Of a stretch of DNA of 64,000 bases, positions 61,201 through 64,000 are shown in pieces (position 1 is the first letter of the stretch; each line of letters starts with the position of its first letter). Below the pieces are notes generated by a model. The model made no database searches. It saw only the letters and a program-made list of their open reading frames with translations, and was not told the origin of the DNA. The DNA is from Bugula neritina. Lineage: Eukaryota > Animalia > Bryozoa. Location of the stretch: positions 34,533,504 through 34,597,503 of the forward strand of contig OZ037765.1 of assembly GCA_964035545.1 (NCBI GenBank), in the 5' to 3' direction. The position numbers were made by a program, and so were the translations under genes.

Positions 61201-63055
61201 ACTCACCCAGTTGGTTGGTACGTCAACCTTAGATATGATTCCAGATGCCTCCATATCATCCAGCTCCTTTTTCACTTTGTCTAACATACTGAGTGGGACA
61301 CGTCTTGGATGATGAACCACAGGCTTCACACTCTCGTCAACACATATCTCGTGCTCTCCATCAAGTCTGCCAACTCCTTCAAACACCTCAGGGAACTCCT
61401 GAAGTATCGAGGTTGACAACTGATCAACTCTGCGGATCAGACCAAAAAATTCAGCAGCCTCGAGGCCAAGTATGGGAGGAAGGTCCTCATCAACCACCTC
61501 GAAGTGGACACTCTGGCTATGCTCCTTGTGGTTCACGGTGAGTTGAACTGCACCCACATTCTTGACCTTGGTCTTATTATAGCCGTAAAGGCATACAAAA
61601 GTGGGCTTTAGAGTAGCACCAAGTGACTGAACGGTTCTTAGGTTGATGCAATTTGTTTCAGCTCCAGTATCAATCTTAAACTGAATATCATTGGCCTTTC
61701 CTTTGTCACTGACCTTCATCGGAAGAATCTAAGATTTCAATTTAGATTCATTAGAAAGAGCACCAACAGCACCTATGAACAAGCTATTCATTTGTTTCGC
61801 TGCAAGAGCTTTGCCTTTGCAGACTTTCTCAAAGTGATTTTTCTTCCCGCAGTTATGACATGTCTGGCCATAAGCAGGACATCTACCTTTGGCATGTGTA
61901 TATCCACAAAATTTGCAATCTATGTTGTCCTTACGTGTGTTACTTCTGGTTTTATTTTGCGTAGCGCCAGGCTGACTCTGCACAGTGCTGACTGCAGCAT
62001 CATTTATCTCATTGACTGTCTTTATAGTAGTATCACCGGCAGCCATCCTTGACATCTGCTGTTTGGTAATCTCAGCAGCACGGATGTCATCTAAGGCACT
62101 CTCAAGTTTAACGTTTTTGTCACGGAGTAGCCGCTCCTTCAGCTTTCCATCAGTGAGTCCAAACACAATTCTGCAGAGAAGCATTCGGTCTCGCAATTCG
62201 CCAAAATCACATTTTGTAGCTTGAGTTTTTAGACGTTTCACAAAGGTGTCAATGGGCTCTCCATCACTCTGACTGAGAGACCAAAAAACAAACCATTCAT
62301 ACAACACGTTACGCCGGGGATTGCAATAGGCTTCAAACTGCTCCAAAACATCAGCCACAACATCCTTGCTTTTACCTGCGCGAAAGTCAAATTGACCATA
62401 AATCTCAGTAGCTTCCTCACCAGCCTGGTTCAGAAGTATAGCAACCTGACGTCTATTAATACCCGCATTCTCAGGAGGAGGCTCTTGGCCACTCTCTTGA
62501 GGCTTCAAAATCAAATCACTTGCAAGCAAATAATTTTCCAAGGCCCTTCTCCACTTCCTCCAATTGTCTGACACATTACCTTCAAATGATAATTCTCCAG
62601 GGGCCTTCAAACCTTCCATGACAGCTCCAAGGCAGACCAACACAGTCCACAACAACAAACAACTAAAAGCTAAACAATCACCACTCCAGTGGCAAAGTAG
62701 GGTGCGAGTACGATCTAGCTGCCACCATGAAACATTAAGTATAGTGAGTATATAATTACCTGAGAGTTACTCGAAGTATATAGGCATGACACTGAAGTAT
62801 CGAAAGAACAATAAAGTGGGGTCTGGCCGGCCAGGGGAAATACAAGGACCAAAAGTATAGTACTGATTTATAATTAATTTATCACAAAGTCTATCGGCGT
62901 GTTTATCTACTGTAGGCTGACATCTTTCATCTCGTAGTCTCTCGTTCGTCCTTGACCCAATATGTATTTTAATAAACAAATGCACATGACATTATAACGT
63001 AGCATCTCGCTAGTCCATAATTAGTGATAAACAAAAGACACATAATAATATAACA
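58220..63055 (-). mobile_element. Ty3/Gypsy element G5 (Mag-like, different lineage), young but disrupted
   Basis: 328-bp LTRs 58220-58547 and 62728-63055 (2 differences seen); 5-bp TSD GCTAT; PBS TGGTGGCAGC; PPT; gag with double Cys/His knuckle, IDTGA, YFDD, VDAS, integrase; stop at 61729 in frame with pol, further breaks at ~60180 and ~59550-59600. Confidence 0.96.
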
Positions 63056-63064
63056 GCTATAATA

Positions 63065-63907
63065 GCTTATTCACACACGACGTTTTTTGTTCGTTGGGTT
63101 CGACGAATGCCCAACTAACAATCATCGCACCTCTTTGTCGCGCCAGCTGCAATAGTAGTGTATAGTTGCTTAGCAACAGTGCTTTTACTAGTAAAGTTGT
63201 GACTAGTTATAGAAATCATCATAGCTTGACCACCTGCACTGTATCAGTATGATCTTTGTGATCCTGAATACAAAGATGCACGTAAGCAACTGAGTTGATG
63301 TGCACAATGAGTAGCAGTGACTTGAAAAAAAGTTAAAATGTAGTTAAATTGAAACTGATGCAACTGAATCATTTCACCTAAAGTAGACACTACCAACTTC
63401 TATTTTATTTTATAATAGTTCCAGCTGAAACATCTTAGCTATAGTTCTTTCATAAAAAAACTACTATAAAACAGGTCATTTTAATTTTTTATTTAGCAAC
63501 AATAAAAAGTATAAGTAGAATAAGTAATGAAAGGCTACGAAAAAATAAATAATCAATTTGAGTTTGATATAAAAGCACGACTACGGCATTGCAGTTTTAC
63601 GGGTCATTTTCATTTCCTTTTCACAGTCCAACTGTTGTTAAACATAAATCTACTAAATCTTTAGCTTTTGTTTAGCTAATAAATTTGTCATAATTTAAAT
63701 GTTTCATATTTGATTATAATTATTTTATTAACGCAGAATTTTTACTTAGTTATCGCTAAATTTAACTAGTCACAACTTTACTAGTAAAAGCACTGTTGCT
63801 AAGCAACTATACACTACTATTGCAGCTGGCGCGACAAAGAGGTGCGATGATTGTTAGTTGGGCATTCGTCGAACCCAACGAACAAAAAACGTCGTGTGTG
63901 AATAAGC
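63065..63907. mobile_element. Internally deleted second copy of the foldback element
   Basis: Same termini; ~145 bp of left arm joined to ~700 bp of right arm; 63911-64000 is the reverse complement of spacer 57215-57302. Confidence 0.82.
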
Positions 63908-64000
63908 TATAAGCCAATGATGTGCGATCAGATAACATTCGTCAGCTGAAACCTAGCTGGGTCAGGTTCCAACGAAACTGTGAAAAGTCGATCACGTGAT

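Overview
AT-rich, intron-containing eukaryotic (animal-like) DNA. The minus strand carries what look like two tandem paralogues of an unusual immune-receptor-like gene. Gene B (24372-39173, 3' part) splices in frame across 8 exons into LRR + Roc GTPase + COR + a complete caspase (p20/p10; SHG and an atypical HACSG active site). Gene A (9607-16076, 5' part) encodes an MGxxxS myristoylation-type N-terminus, a Pro-rich stalk, a cap exon and seven symmetric 144-nt exons of two LRRs each, whose predicted concave-face codons are hypervariable; these cassettes are phase-compatible with the Roc-COR exon of gene B. A degraded NOL11-like gene lies between them. The rest is a 23-bp satellite, minisatellites, MITE/foldback elements, five Ty3/Gypsy elements with paired LTRs, two solo LTRs and one partial LTR, many nested inside one intron of more than 24 kb. 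Three Gypsy elements carry a conserved spliced third gene (25-nt ATG exon + zinc-finger/coiled-coil exon) in the env position. All exon models were read and translated by hand; no database search was run.
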